NCBI GenBank assembly: GCA_016188295.1
Contig: JACPIA010000003.1
Location: 30 to 64,029 of the forward strand
Direction of reading: 5' to 3'
DNA from: Candidatus Vogelbacteria bacterium
GTDB lineage: Bacteria > Patescibacteriota > Minisyncoccia > Phycocordibacterales > XYD1-FULL-46-19
DNA: 64,000 nt
The notes beneath the pieces were generated by a model. That model saw only the letters and a program-made list of their open reading frames with translations, was not told the DNA's origin and ran no database searches. Made by a program: the position numbers and the translations under genes. This document shows positions 1 through 8,435 of this stretch, in pieces. Each line of letters opens with the position of its first letter. The first letter of the stretch is position 1.

Positions 1-87
1 GAACCGGCGGGTGACCGCAAGAAACGTTGATATTACACTGTCTTTTCCGTTCGAAGCCATCGCCAACCGTGAGCTTGTCTCGGCGGG

Positions 88-159
88 TGACCCTACCGGG
101 AATCGAACCCGGCTTCCAAGCTTGAAAAGCTTGTGTCCTAACCGATAGACGATAGGGCC
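88..159 (-). tRNA. tRNA-Glu (anticodon TTC)
   Basis: Reverse complement folds as a cloverleaf: acceptor GGCCCTA/TAGGGTC, anticodon loop tTTCaa, T-arm GGTTCGATTCC. Confidence 0.8.
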
Positions 160-247
160 GAAAGGTGTACCTAAAAACGCTTAAATTCTAACAATTTTTG
201 GCTTTTTTGGCAAAAAGTACAAAAAGTGATAGGATAAACCAAGTTTT

Positions 248-334
248 GGAGAAGTGGCTGAGTGGTCTAAGGCACCGCACTCGAAATGCGGCAAGGGAGC
301 AATTCCTTCGTGAGTTCAAATCTCACCTTCTCCG
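248..334 (+). tRNA. tRNA-Ser (anticodon CGA)
   Basis: Acceptor GGAGAAG/CTTCTCC, anticodon loop ctCGAaa, long variable arm, T-loop GTTCAAATC. Confidence 0.8.
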
Positions 335-379
335 CCTTCCTCTAGTTTCAGCGAAGTGAAGGAGGATTTACAATTTCAA

Positions 380-456
380 GGTCGATTAGCTCAGCTGGTT
401 AGAGCGCCACATTGACATTGTGGAGGTCACAGGTTCGAGTCCTGTATCGACCACCA
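380..456 (+). tRNA. tRNA-Val (anticodon GAC), CCA encoded
   Basis: Acceptor GGTCGAT/ATCGACC, D-loop AGCTGGTTAGAGC, anticodon loop ttGACat, T-loop GGTTCGAGTCC, followed by CCA. Confidence 0.8.
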
Positions 457-462
457 AACTTT

Positions 463-1173
463 TTACAGCCCCGCTAATGCAATCATTCCATATAAGACAA
501 CAATACCTAAAATGGTCATAATAGTAGTCCAGTGAGTAGGATGGGTATGATGACTCTCGGGCAGTAAATCGCTCGCTCCAATATAGAGGAAAAAACCCGC
601 AAATAAAGCGAGTACCAAACCGAGACTCGCGGCCGATAAAGTAAAAAACATAGTTGAGGCGATACCTAGTACTGGTGCTATGGCGTCAACCGACAGCCAA
701 CACAAAGCCGTACGCCGTATGCCACCGTTTTTAATGATCAAGCCAACGGTATTAACTCCGTCCGAAAAGCCGTGGGCCAACACCGCCAGCGCCACCACTG
801 CCCCCAACACCGCCGAGACTTGGAAAGCCAGGCCGATCGCTGTGCCATCTAAGAAACTATGGACCGAGATACTCCCTGCCCCTAATACGCCACGCTGGCT
901 ATGCTCAGTATCATCATGAGTGTGGAAATAAAAAAATCGATCTAAAATTAAATAGGTCACAAAACCCAGTGCCGTCACCGTCATAATCGTCGAGGCATTA
1001 TAAACCCCACCACCAAACTCAAGCGCCTCCGGGATTAAATCAAAAAAAGCAACGCCAATCACTGCGCCGGCGCTAAAACCTAAAATTAAATGGAGTCGAT
1101 CTTTAAATTTAAGCGCAAACAGACCGCCAAACATTGTGGCTAAAAAGGCGGCAATGGAAATTAAAATAAGCAT
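463..1173 (-). CDS. zupT: ZIP family zinc/metal transporter (ZupT-like)
   Basis: 236 aa polytopic membrane protein with the ZIP signature HSFLDGTAIGLAF and histidine-rich loops. Confidence 0.8.
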   Translation of the reverse strand: MLILISIAAFLATMFGGLFALKFKDRLHLILGFSAGAVIGVAFFDLIPEALEFGGGVYNASTIMTVTALGFVTYLILDRFFYFHTHDDTEHSQRGVLGAGSISVHSFLDGTAIGLAFQVSAVLGAVVALAVLAHGFSDGVNTVGLIIKNGGIRRTALCWLSVDAIAPVLGIASTMFFTLSAASLGLVLALFAGFFLYIGASDLLPESHHTHPTHWTTIMTILGIVVLYGMIALAGL

Positions 1174-1218
1174 CTATTAACTCTAACTTAAGATCCCAGA
1201 TTGTGCTAGTGTAAGCTC

Positions 1219-2403
1219 ATGCGTATTTTAGCTATTGAGACTAGTTGTGACGACACCGCCGTGAGCTTGGTGGAGGCTAGTGGTGATTTAAGCGCGCCCG
1301 CGTTTACAGTGCTAGCTCATGAGGTCTCCTCGCAGACGGCCACTCATGCCGCTTGGGGCGGAGTGGTACCTACTTTAGCTAAACGCGAGCATGGTAAAAA
1401 TTTAGTGCCGTTACTCGCTCAAGTGTTAAGTAAAGCAGAAAGTAGTGAAAAGCCGGTAGAAAATCCGCCGGCTGGCGGATTAGAACGAGAAGTAGAGCTT
1501 AAAGATAATTTAATTGAATTTTTACAACAAACTAATACCCCAAATATTGATGCGATTGCTGTTACTCAAGGTCCGGGGCTTGAGCCAGCGCTTTGGGTCG
1601 GTCTCAATGCTGCTCGCGCCTTGGCGCTCGCTTGGAAAAAGCCTTTGATACCGGCCAATCATTTGGAGGGACACATCATTTCACCGTTAACTAATCCACC
1701 AGTTGGTGGAGTCGCCTTCCCGGCTTTGGCTTTAATTGTGAGTGGTGGACATACCGAGCTTGATTTGGTTCATAGTTGGGGCCAATACGAACAAATTGGC
1801 GCTACGCGCGATGATGCCGTAGGTGAAGCCTTTGATAAAGTGGCACGCTTAATGGGTTTGCCTTACCCCGGCGGACCAGCGGTTAGCCACCTCGCCTCTC
1901 GAGGACTCTCCTCGGAACCTTATGAGGAGAGTCCTCATAAAAGATGGAATTTACCGCGACCAATGATCGACTCTCCTGACTTCGACTTTTCTTTTTCCGG
2001 TCTCAAAACCGCCGTACGTTACGCGATCGAAAAACATGGTGAATTAAGTGAGCAAGATAAAGAAACCTTAGCTTATGAGTTCCAACAAGCAGTGATTGAT
2101 GTTTTAACTACCAAAACCAAAAAAGCGTTACAACAATTTAATATTCAGACTTTAATTATTGGTGGTGGCGTCATAGCAAATCAAAAACTCAGACATCACT
2201 TTGCGCTCTTGGCCACTAAATTCCAAACAACCAATCCCGAATTCCAATTATTAATCCCCGACTTCCAATTAGCCACCGACAACGCCACCATGATCGCTAT
2301 GGCCGCCTATGTCCGTTACCTCAAAAACGAGTTTATAGCTCCCGACCAAATCACCACCGCTGACGACCTAATCGCCAAGGGTACGCTCCCGCTTAACCTT
2401 TAA
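1219..2403 (+). CDS. tsaD: tRNA N6-adenosine threonylcarbamoyltransferase TsaD (Kae1/Gcp family)
   Basis: N-terminal MRILAIETSCDDTAVSLV, GPG motif and ASKH-fold pattern. Carries a roughly 40-aa insertion relative to the usual ~340-aa TsaD. Confidence 0.85.
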   Translation: MRILAIETSCDDTAVSLVEASGDLSAPAFTVLAHEVSSQTATHAAWGGVVPTLAKREHGKNLVPLLAQVLSKAESSEKPVENPPAGGLEREVELKDNLIEFLQQTNTPNIDAIAVTQGPGLEPALWVGLNAARALALAWKKPLIPANHLEGHIISPLTNPPVGGVAFPALALIVSGGHTELDLVHSWGQYEQIGATRDDAVGEAFDKVARLMGLPYPGGPAVSHLASRGLSSEPYEESPHKRWNLPRPMIDSPDFDFSFSGLKTAVRYAIEKHGELSEQDKETLAYEFQQAVIDVLTTKTKKALQQFNIQTLIIGGGVIANQKLRHHFALLATKFQTTNPEFQLLIPDFQLATDNATMIAMAAYVRYLKNEFIAPDQITTADDLIAKGTLPLNL

Positions 2404-2436
2404 TTTAGGGTTATTTCTTGTTAAGATAACATAAAA

Positions 2437-4575
2437 ATGGCCAATGTTCCGGACAAACTAACTAAACCTTATGATCCCGCCCAGACTGAAGGGCGGATTT
2501 ATAAAGAGTGGGAGGACGGTAATCACTTTGCTCCTCAAGGCAAAGGCGAATCATTCACCATTATTATGCCGCCGCCAAATGCTAATGGTGACTTACACGC
2601 CGGACACGCCCTCTTTATTACGCTTGAGGACATCATGACTCGCTATGCCCGAATGCAAGGTAAGCGCGCGTTATGGGTCCCAGGGGCCGATCATGCCGGG
2701 TTTGAAACACAGATTGTTTACGAGAAAAAGTTAGAAAAAGAGGGACGATCAAGATTTAAAATGTCGCGTGAGGAGCTCTATCAAGAAATTTTAGCGTTTA
2801 CTTTAGAGAATAAAACCAATATGGAGGCCCAGGTACGTCGCCTCGGCGCCTCTTGTGACTGGAGTCGCGAAAAATTTACTTTAGATCCTGAGGTCGTGGC
2901 CGAAGTAGGACGCACCTTTAAAAAAATGTTTGACGACGATTTAATTTACCGCGGCGAGCGCATTGTTAATTGGTGCTCTAAACACGGCACCTCGCTCTCC
3001 GACGTTGAGACCGAGTTTGTGGAGCAAGTTGATCCCCTTTATTACCTCCAATACGGCCCATTTGTGATTGCGACTACTCGCCCCGAGACCAAATTTGGCG
3101 ATAAGTATGTGGTAACGCACCCCGATGATGAGCGCTACGCTAATTACACTCATGGCCAACAACTTGAGCTGGAGTGGATTAATGGCCCGATTACCGCCAC
3201 TGTTATTAAAGATGACGTTATTGATATGAATTTTGGCACCGGCGTGATGACCATCACCCCGTGGCATGATGCGACCGACTTTGAGATCGCTAAGCGACAC
3301 AATTTAAGTAAAGAGCAGATTATTGATGAACACGGTAAATTATTGCCAGTCGCTGGCGATTTAGCCGGCTTAAAAATCAAAGAGGCTAGAGCTAAAATTA
3401 TGGAAAAGTTACAAGCTAAAGGTTTGATAGTTAAAGTGGAAGATAAATATAACCACGCGGTTAAAACTTGTTACAAATGTGGCACCGCTATTGAGCCTCA
3501 AATCCGCGATCAGTGGTTTGTAAAAATGAAGCCGCTAGCTGACCAAGCGGTTAAAGCGGTTAATGACTGCCAGATTAAATTTATCCCCGACAATCAGCGC
3601 AAAATCTTTTTGTATTGGATGGAAAACACTATTGATTGGAACATCTCGCGCCAAATTGTGTGGGGCATACCAATACCGGCTAAAATTTGTGACGCTTGTC
3701 GCAGTGGTATGCCCGATTTAGAAAATAAAATAACTACTTGTCCTAGTTGTAGTGGCCCAATGCGAACCGATACCGATACTTTTGATACCTGGTTCTCTAG
3801 TGGGCAATGGCCGCAATTAGTCCTTGGTTATCCGGATCATGCTGACTTTAAAACTTTTTACCCCACCAGTGTCATGGAAACGGGCCACGACCTCATTTTT
3901 AAATGGGTACCACGAATGGTTATTTTTGGTCTGTACTTAACCGGGCAAGTCCCCTTCCACACTGTTTACTTGCATGGCTTGGTCAATGACGCTAAGGGTC
4001 AAAAAATGAGTAAATCTAAAGGTAATGTAGTTAGCCCTGAAGAGCTAATTAATGAGTTCGGCACCGATGCTCTGCGTATGGCTTTAGTGGTGGGCAATAC
4101 ACCAGGAACTGACTTGGCTCTCGCTCGTGATAAAGTTAAAGCTTACAAGCACTTTGCTAATAAATTGTGGAATGTGGCCCGTTTTATTATTACTGAATTA
4201 GAGCAAAATAAAGATTGGGTAAAAACTGACTTAACCGAGATCGATCACTTATTATTAAAACAATTTGAGGCAGTGATTAAGGAAGTGACTGGTGATTTAG
4301 AACATTATCGATTTCACTTAGCGGCTGAAAAATTGTATCATTATATATGGCACGAGTTAGCTGATGTGTTAATTGAAGAATCTAAAATCATCTTAAAAAC
4401 CGATGCCGCCAATTCTCGCCGGCAGTTATTGTTTAAAATTTTAGACGGCAGTTTACGCACCTTGCATCCGTTTATGCCCTTTATTACGGAAGAAGTTTGG
4501 TCGCTACTGACTCCTCATCACTCTAATCATCAATTGCTCATTATTACCCCATGGCCGCTGTCCTCCAATTTATAA
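2437..4575 (+). CDS. valS: valyl-tRNA synthetase (short form, 712 aa)
   Basis: Class I aaRS motifs PPPNANGDLHAGHA (HIGH) and KMSKSKGN (KMSKS). The PPPN pattern is typical of ValRS. It appears to lack the long C-terminal coiled-coil. Confidence 0.75.
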   Translation: MANVPDKLTKPYDPAQTEGRIYKEWEDGNHFAPQGKGESFTIIMPPPNANGDLHAGHALFITLEDIMTRYARMQGKRALWVPGADHAGFETQIVYEKKLEKEGRSRFKMSREELYQEILAFTLENKTNMEAQVRRLGASCDWSREKFTLDPEVVAEVGRTFKKMFDDDLIYRGERIVNWCSKHGTSLSDVETEFVEQVDPLYYLQYGPFVIATTRPETKFGDKYVVTHPDDERYANYTHGQQLELEWINGPITATVIKDDVIDMNFGTGVMTITPWHDATDFEIAKRHNLSKEQIIDEHGKLLPVAGDLAGLKIKEARAKIMEKLQAKGLIVKVEDKYNHAVKTCYKCGTAIEPQIRDQWFVKMKPLADQAVKAVNDCQIKFIPDNQRKIFLYWMENTIDWNISRQIVWGIPIPAKICDACRSGMPDLENKITTCPSCSGPMRTDTDTFDTWFSSGQWPQLVLGYPDHADFKTFYPTSVMETGHDLIFKWVPRMVIFGLYLTGQVPFHTVYLHGLVNDAKGQKMSKSKGNVVSPEELINEFGTDALRMALVVGNTPGTDLALARDKVKAYKHFANKLWNVARFIITELEQNKDWVKTDLTEIDHLLLKQFEAVIKEVTGDLEHYRFHLAAEKLYHYIWHELADVLIEESKIILKTDAANSRRQLLFKILDGSLRTLHPFMPFITEEVWSLLTPHHSNHQLLIITPWPLSSNL

Positions 4576-5324
4576 CCGAATCGCCTAATTTAGCGGCCAT
4601 CATTGGCGGTGTGGCCCCGGCTGTGGTTTGGTTGTGGTTTTGGCTTAAAGAGGACGGTACTCGCCCCGAGCCCAAGCGTTTAATCGTGCTTTCATTTTTA
4701 CTCGGAGCGATGGCTGTCTTTTTGGCTTTTATTTTAGAACGAATCGCTTTAATGGTTATCGCTCCAGGCTACTCCCCGGCCGACTCGCTCATAACCCTAC
4801 CCTTTAATCAACAAGTAACTGTCATTATTACTTGGTCCTTAATTGAAGAGATGATCAAATATGGTTTAGCCGCCGCCACCATCTTCCGTCTTGCCTCGTT
4901 TGATGAGCCGGTTGACGCTATGATTTATATGATTACCATTGCGTTAGGCTTTAGTGCGATGGAAAACAGCCTCTTTTTACTCAATGCAGGGACATTAGGT
5001 GGAGCCGCGGAACTTTTTTTAACTGGCAATTTACGTTTTTTAGGCGCAACTATTTTGCACGTGGTCTCTTCGGCAGTCATTGGCGGAATGGTCGCTCTCT
5101 CCTTTTACGCTCCCCATATCAAACAAATCGAATATTTTTTAGTCGGGTTATGCACGGCTACCGGATTGCACGCCTTGTTTAATTTCTTTATAATTAGTAC
5201 TGATAGTCGTGATATAATTAAAGTGTTGGCATTTTTATGGCTCTCGGCGATTTTGATTTTGCTTTTGTTTGAGCGAGTCAAACGAACTATTGTTGTTACT
5301 ACTCCACCTACTACTTATGTCTAA
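4551..5324 (+). CDS. PrsW-family-like intramembrane protease (putative)
   Basis: Polytopic membrane protein with an EExxK motif (SLIEEMIKYG), FSAMEN and HALFN motifs reminiscent of PrsW/CPBP-type proteases. Overlaps the valS stop. Confidence 0.45.
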   Translation: MAAVLQFITESPNLAAIIGGVAPAVVWLWFWLKEDGTRPEPKRLIVLSFLLGAMAVFLAFILERIALMVIAPGYSPADSLITLPFNQQVTVIITWSLIEEMIKYGLAAATIFRLASFDEPVDAMIYMITIALGFSAMENSLFLLNAGTLGGAAELFLTGNLRFLGATILHVVSSAVIGGMVALSFYAPHIKQIEYFLVGLCTATGLHALFNFFIISTDSRDIIKVLAFLWLSAILILLLFERVKRTIVVTTPPTTYV

Positions 5325-5778
5325 AGAAAAACGATCATTTTTTGAACGGATTACCGGCAGTGTCTCAGCGGATGAGACTATTGTTGATGCGCCGATAAAT
5401 GGTAAAGCTGGTCCCGCCTCAGCTAACTGGCTTGAGGATGAACCGGAGGAGGGCGAACTTTCGGTTGATGTTTATCAAACCGCCAACGAGATCGTGATCC
5501 AATCAATGGTCGCCGGCGTCAAACCCGAAGATTTGCAGGTGACCATCACTCGCGAATTGGTCACTATTAAAGGCCATCGCGAACGCCCCAGTGTCGTGGA
5601 CGATGAGAGCTATTTCCAAAAAGAATTGTATTGGGGCTCATTTACCCGCACTATTTTACTACCCGCTGAAGTGGAAGCCGAAGAATCTGAAGCGACTGAA
5701 CGTTTTGGTCTCCTTACTCTCCGTCTCCCTAAAATCGACAAAGCCAAAATCCAAAAAGTAAAAGTCAGGTCAGTTTAA
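5317..5778 (+). CDS. Hsp20/alpha-crystallin family small heat shock protein
   Basis: Alpha-crystallin domain (ELSVDVYQT...VTITRELVTIKGHRE...LPK). The start is trimmed to ATG 5317, which overlaps the stop of the upstream gene. The track ORF starts at 5269. Confidence 0.8.
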   Translation: MSKEKRSFFERITGSVSADETIVDAPINGKAGPASANWLEDEPEEGELSVDVYQTANEIVIQSMVAGVKPEDLQVTITRELVTIKGHRERPSVVDDESYFQKELYWGSFTRTILLPAEVEAEESEATERFGLLTLRLPKIDKAKIQKVKVRSV

Positions 5779-5813
5779 AGTGGCTTGCCACGTGAGAGCG
5801 TAGCGACTTTACG

Positions 5814-5889
5814 TGGTGCCGAGGACCGGTCTCGAACCGGTGACCCTTCCCTCTTCAGGGGAATGCTCTACCAACTGAGCTACCTCGGC
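5814..5889 (-). tRNA. tRNA-Phe (anticodon GAA), CCA encoded
   Basis: Reverse complement GCCGAGGTAGCTCAGTTGGTAGAGC...ctGAAga...GGTTCGAGACC...CACCA. Confidence 0.85.
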
Positions 5890-5913
5890 TTGTCTGCGCT
5901 TATGGCGCAAAAT

Positions 5914-6168
5914 TTATAATAACAGTAAGGAGCGGTAAGTTTCAACTAAAGGTTTTAGGTAGGGTTCGAGGTAGTAAAAAACACCTAAGGTTAGTCCAAT
6001 GACCACCACCCAACGTAAAATAAACCAAAAGAATTGCCGCCGCTGATAACCAAGCAACTTGCGCAAGATCCGATTATTATCGGTCGCTAATTCCTTAATT
6101 TCATCTAATTCCGAATTAGTCACAGTTTTATTATAACTCATCTTGACGGTCTTTGTCGCTAGGCGCAC
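5914..6168 (-). CDS. hypothetical small membrane protein
   Basis: 84-aa ORF with one C-terminal TM helix. On the same strand as its neighbours. No recognisable domain. Confidence 0.35.
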   Translation of the reverse strand: MRLATKTVKMSYNKTVTNSELDEIKELATDNNRILRKLLGYQRRQFFWFILRWVVVIGLTLGVFYYLEPYLKPLVETYRSLLLL

Positions 6169-6223
6169 ACTGGATATAGAATCAGTTCTTTAACTTCAAC
6201 TACAATCGATGGGGAGAATACCG

Positions 6224-6652
6224 ATGGTAACAACAGACCAACCTTTTATTGTCTGGGGATTTGTACCTTTAGCTGTTCCTCGTGGAGGATATCGCCGAAC
6301 TTTCACATTAGGACGTCGTGATTGGCAACAAAGTGATCTGAAACCAGACACCAATGGATTTTTCTTGAGTAATGATCCCACTACGGGCTTAACGGTTACA
6401 GAAATCCGTCATCATAGCCCACCGCTCTGCTTTTTGCCGGTCAGATTCGCTATCGAAGATGACAGCCATTTGTACATTGACGATGAAGGTGGTATTTGGT
6501 TGGGCAACAACCAACTACCAATATTTGGTTCAATGAGTAGATTATTAAAAGCTCAATTCACTCGCCACCTCGAGTCTAGTTTACAATGGAGGTTTAGTGA
6601 CTATTGGATCAATAAAATAAAAATAGCTGGCACTGTTATGATTGGGATTTGA
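6224..6652 (+). CDS. hypothetical protein
   Basis: ORF preceded by GGGGAG 8 nt upstream of ATG 6224 and followed directly by an intrinsic terminator. No recognisable domain. Confidence 0.45.
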   Translation: MVTTDQPFIVWGFVPLAVPRGGYRRTFTLGRRDWQQSDLKPDTNGFFLSNDPTTGLTVTEIRHHSPPLCFLPVRFAIEDDSHLYIDDEGGIWLGNNQLPIFGSMSRLLKAQFTRHLESSLQWRFSDYWINKIKIAGTVMIGI

Positions 6653-6654
6653 AG

Positions 6655-6690
6655 CGCCGAAATCAATCGGCGCTTTTATTATTTGTTTTA
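6655..6690 (+). terminator. rho-independent terminator
   Basis: Hairpin GCGCCGAaatcaaTCGGCGC followed by TTTTATTATTTGTTTT, immediately after the stop at 6652. Confidence 0.6.
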
Positions 6691-6691
6691 G

Positions 6692-6763
6692 TGCTCCCGA
6701 TAGGAGTCGAACCTATATTTACCTCTTAGGACGGGGTTGTTCTATCCATTGAACTACAGGAGC
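6692..6763 (-). tRNA. tRNA-Arg (anticodon CCT, probable)
   Basis: Reverse complement GCTCCTGTAGTTCAATGGATAGAAC...gtCCTaa...GGTTCGACTCC...TCGGGAGCA. The anticodon stem has one mismatch, so the anticodon call is moderate. Confidence 0.65.
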
Positions 6764-6984
6764 AGGGAGCTTAACTTAGCTTGATCAAAACCAACTAAAA
6801 TCTGATCATCAATAATAATCACTGGCACACCCATTTGGCCGCTCTTGGCAATCATCTCATTACGCCTCACGGCGTCAGCGGCTACATTAAACTCCTCATA
6901 GGTCACGCCGTTAGCTTTAAAAAACTCTTTAGCCATTTTACAGTAATGGCAAGTGGGAGTGGAGTAGATTGTTACTTTTTTCAT
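6754..6984 (-). CDS. glutaredoxin (NrdH/GrxC-like)
   Basis: 76 aa with a CHYC active site (TPTCHYCKMAKEFF) and a thioredoxin-fold pattern. Confidence 0.8.
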   Translation of the reverse strand: MKKVTIYSTPTCHYCKMAKEFFKANGVTYEEFNVAADAVRRNEMIAKSGQMGVPVIIIDDQILVGFDQAKLSSLLL

Positions 6985-6990
6985 GCTGTT

Positions 6991-7287
6991 TTATTTTACC
7001 ATATCAGTCAAATAATCCCCAAGCTCATCATTTTTGGCCGCTTTATTGGGTTTAATGTAACCACATCTAACGCAAACGTGCTCAATAATAAACTCCCCGC
7101 CTTCCAGTTTAACCACTTTAGGCTCCATTAAGCCACCACATTGTGCCGCCCGATCGCCGGGTGTTACGTCCACATGTTTACTCCACAAACACTTAGAGCA
7201 ATGATTAGTGTACCCATCCCCCGCCACCTCCGCGCCACACTTCTCACACCCAAAATCCTCTTTAACTTTTTTAAATCCTTGGGACAT
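6991..7287 (-). CDS. RNHCP domain-containing zinc-ribbon protein
   Basis: Cys-rich protein with CxxC pairs (GCEKCG...HCSKC...CVRCG) and a YTNHC motif. Confidence 0.55.
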   Translation of the reverse strand: MSQGFKKVKEDFGCEKCGAEVAGDGYTNHCSKCLWSKHVDVTPGDRAAQCGGLMEPKVVKLEGGEFIIEHVCVRCGYIKPNKAAKNDELGDYLTDMVK

Positions 7288-7288
7288 G
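7246..7288. repeat. 43-bp direct repeat, copy 1 (covers the start codon and codons 1-14 of the RNHCP gene)
   Basis: acacccaaaatcctctttaacttttttaaatccttgggacatg, identical to 7800-7842. Confidence 0.85.
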
Positions 7289-7292
7289 GTTA

Positions 7293-7535
7293 TTATTTGG
7301 TATAAAACTTATCCCTTAATTCATCTTCCGATACAAATTTACTAGTCTGATTAAAAATCGCTTTTAAAGTACCCCTATCAATATCTCTATGATTAGGGAC
7401 AGTCAGTATTTGAAAACCAAAATCAGTTTCCCTTCTCATCTTGATGTGACTACCTCTTTGTTTAGCAACAATAAAACCAAAGCCCTCAAGAATTTTGATG
7501 ACTTCTTTTTGAGAGAGCCTTTTTAATTTAGGCAT
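7293..7535 (-). CDS. hicA: type II toxin-antitoxin system HicA family toxin
   Basis: 80 aa with the KEVIKILEGFGF...RGSHIKM...TVPNH pattern typical of HicA/YcfA mRNA interferases. Confidence 0.8.
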   Translation of the reverse strand: MPKLKRLSQKEVIKILEGFGFIVAKQRGSHIKMRRETDFGFQILTVPNHRDIDRGTLKAIFNQTSKFVSEDELRDKFYTK

Positions 7536-7755
7536 ACGACAACTGCGGGAGTTCGAAATTCAATAAGACAGACGGCGAGTTGGTAAAACCTAAAGACTTG
7601 GCATTTTCGTCCTCAAAATGGAGTTCTACCGCCTCCTTTATATTTAGAGCCAGCTCATCAAGCGTTTTACCTTGAGTCACAATAGCCACATCAACCCCTT
7701 CGGCGACATAGTATTTTTCCCCTTTAGAGATATGAAATTGGATGATATTTTTCAT
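7528..7755 (-). CDS. hicB: HicB-family antitoxin (UPF0150 N-domain only)
   Basis: 75 aa with YYVAEGVDVAIVTQGKTLDEL...IKEAVELHFED. Overlaps hicA by 8 nt. Confidence 0.7.
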   Translation of the reverse strand: MKNIIQFHISKGEKYYVAEGVDVAIVTQGKTLDELALNIKEAVELHFEDENAKSLGFTNSPSVLLNFELPQLSYA

Positions 7756-7799
7756 AATTACAATATAACCACAAATGACGATTTACCGCAACTTAACTT

Positions 7800-7842
7800 A
7801 CACCCAAAATCCTCTTTAACTTTTTTAAATCCTTGGGACATG
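7800..7842. repeat. 43-bp direct repeat, copy 2 (orphan 5-prime fragment of the RNHCP gene abutting the tRNA-Gly 3-prime end)
   Basis: Perfect copy of 7246-7288. Ends 1 nt before tRNA-Gly. Confidence 0.85.
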
Positions 7843-7913
7843 TGCGGGATATGGGAATCGGACCCATGTCTCATCCTTGGGAAGGACGTGTTCTGCCATT
7901 GAACCAATCCCGC
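7843..7913 (-). tRNA. tRNA-Gly (anticodon CCC)
   Basis: Reverse complement GCGGGATTGGTTCAATGGCAGAAC...ttCCCaa...TGGGTCCGATTCCCATATCCCGCA. Confidence 0.8.
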
Positions 7914-7915
7914 AT

Positions 7916-8296
7916 TTAATTTTTCTTCTTAAACATCTCTTGGAACAGCCTCTGCCAGAGCGAAATTTCCGTTGTCGAAGCATTAGAAGAAGCACTCGTA
8001 TCTTCTACCACCGTTATCACCTGCTCGCCGGGCCAAACGATGGGGAAGTTGGCTCTAATTTCGGCCTCCTCGCCACGTGGGGTTTTAAGAAGCTCAACGA
8101 CGGCCACCAAGGCGGCCTTGCGCGCTTCTGACTCACTTAACTCTTGCTCGGTTTGTTGACGATGATTAGTTGTAATTACCTTTTTTTGATACAAACCATA
8201 AACTGATTTAGTCAAAACGATTACTATAATAACAAGTAGTACCACCAACACCGGAGTAAAAACCGAAGCTCGTTTATTACCTTGCCAGCGAGTCAT
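7916..8296 (-). CDS. hypothetical membrane-anchored protein
   Basis: 126 aa with an N-terminal TM helix and a charged C-terminus. No recognisable domain. Confidence 0.45.
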   Translation of the reverse strand: MTRWQGNKRASVFTPVLVVLLVIIVIVLTKSVYGLYQKKVITTNHRQQTEQELSESEARKAALVAVVELLKTPRGEEAEIRANFPIVWPGEQVITVVEDTSASSNASTTEISLWQRLFQEMFKKKN

Positions 8297-8435
8297 TGTG
8301 CCTGTATAGTACTATACATGAACTACTCCAGCAAACCAAAAAATAAAATTTCGCCTTTATGGGCCTTCGTCGGCTTTATCGTGATTGTGGGAATGATTCT
8401 CCTTTACCTTGCTCCCATTTTTACTTAATCCAATT

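Noticed and set aside
1-93. A 12-bp duplicate of the tRNA-Glu 3-prime trailer (ggcgggtgacc) at the very start of the window, which could be an att-site remnant or partial tRNA.
   Set aside because: The match is too short and is cut by the window edge. It cannot be distinguished from chance or from an upstream tRNA gene.
680-919. 79-aa plus-strand ORF inside the zupT gene.
   Set aside because: Antisense shadow ORF within a well-supported membrane transporter gene. No independent signals.
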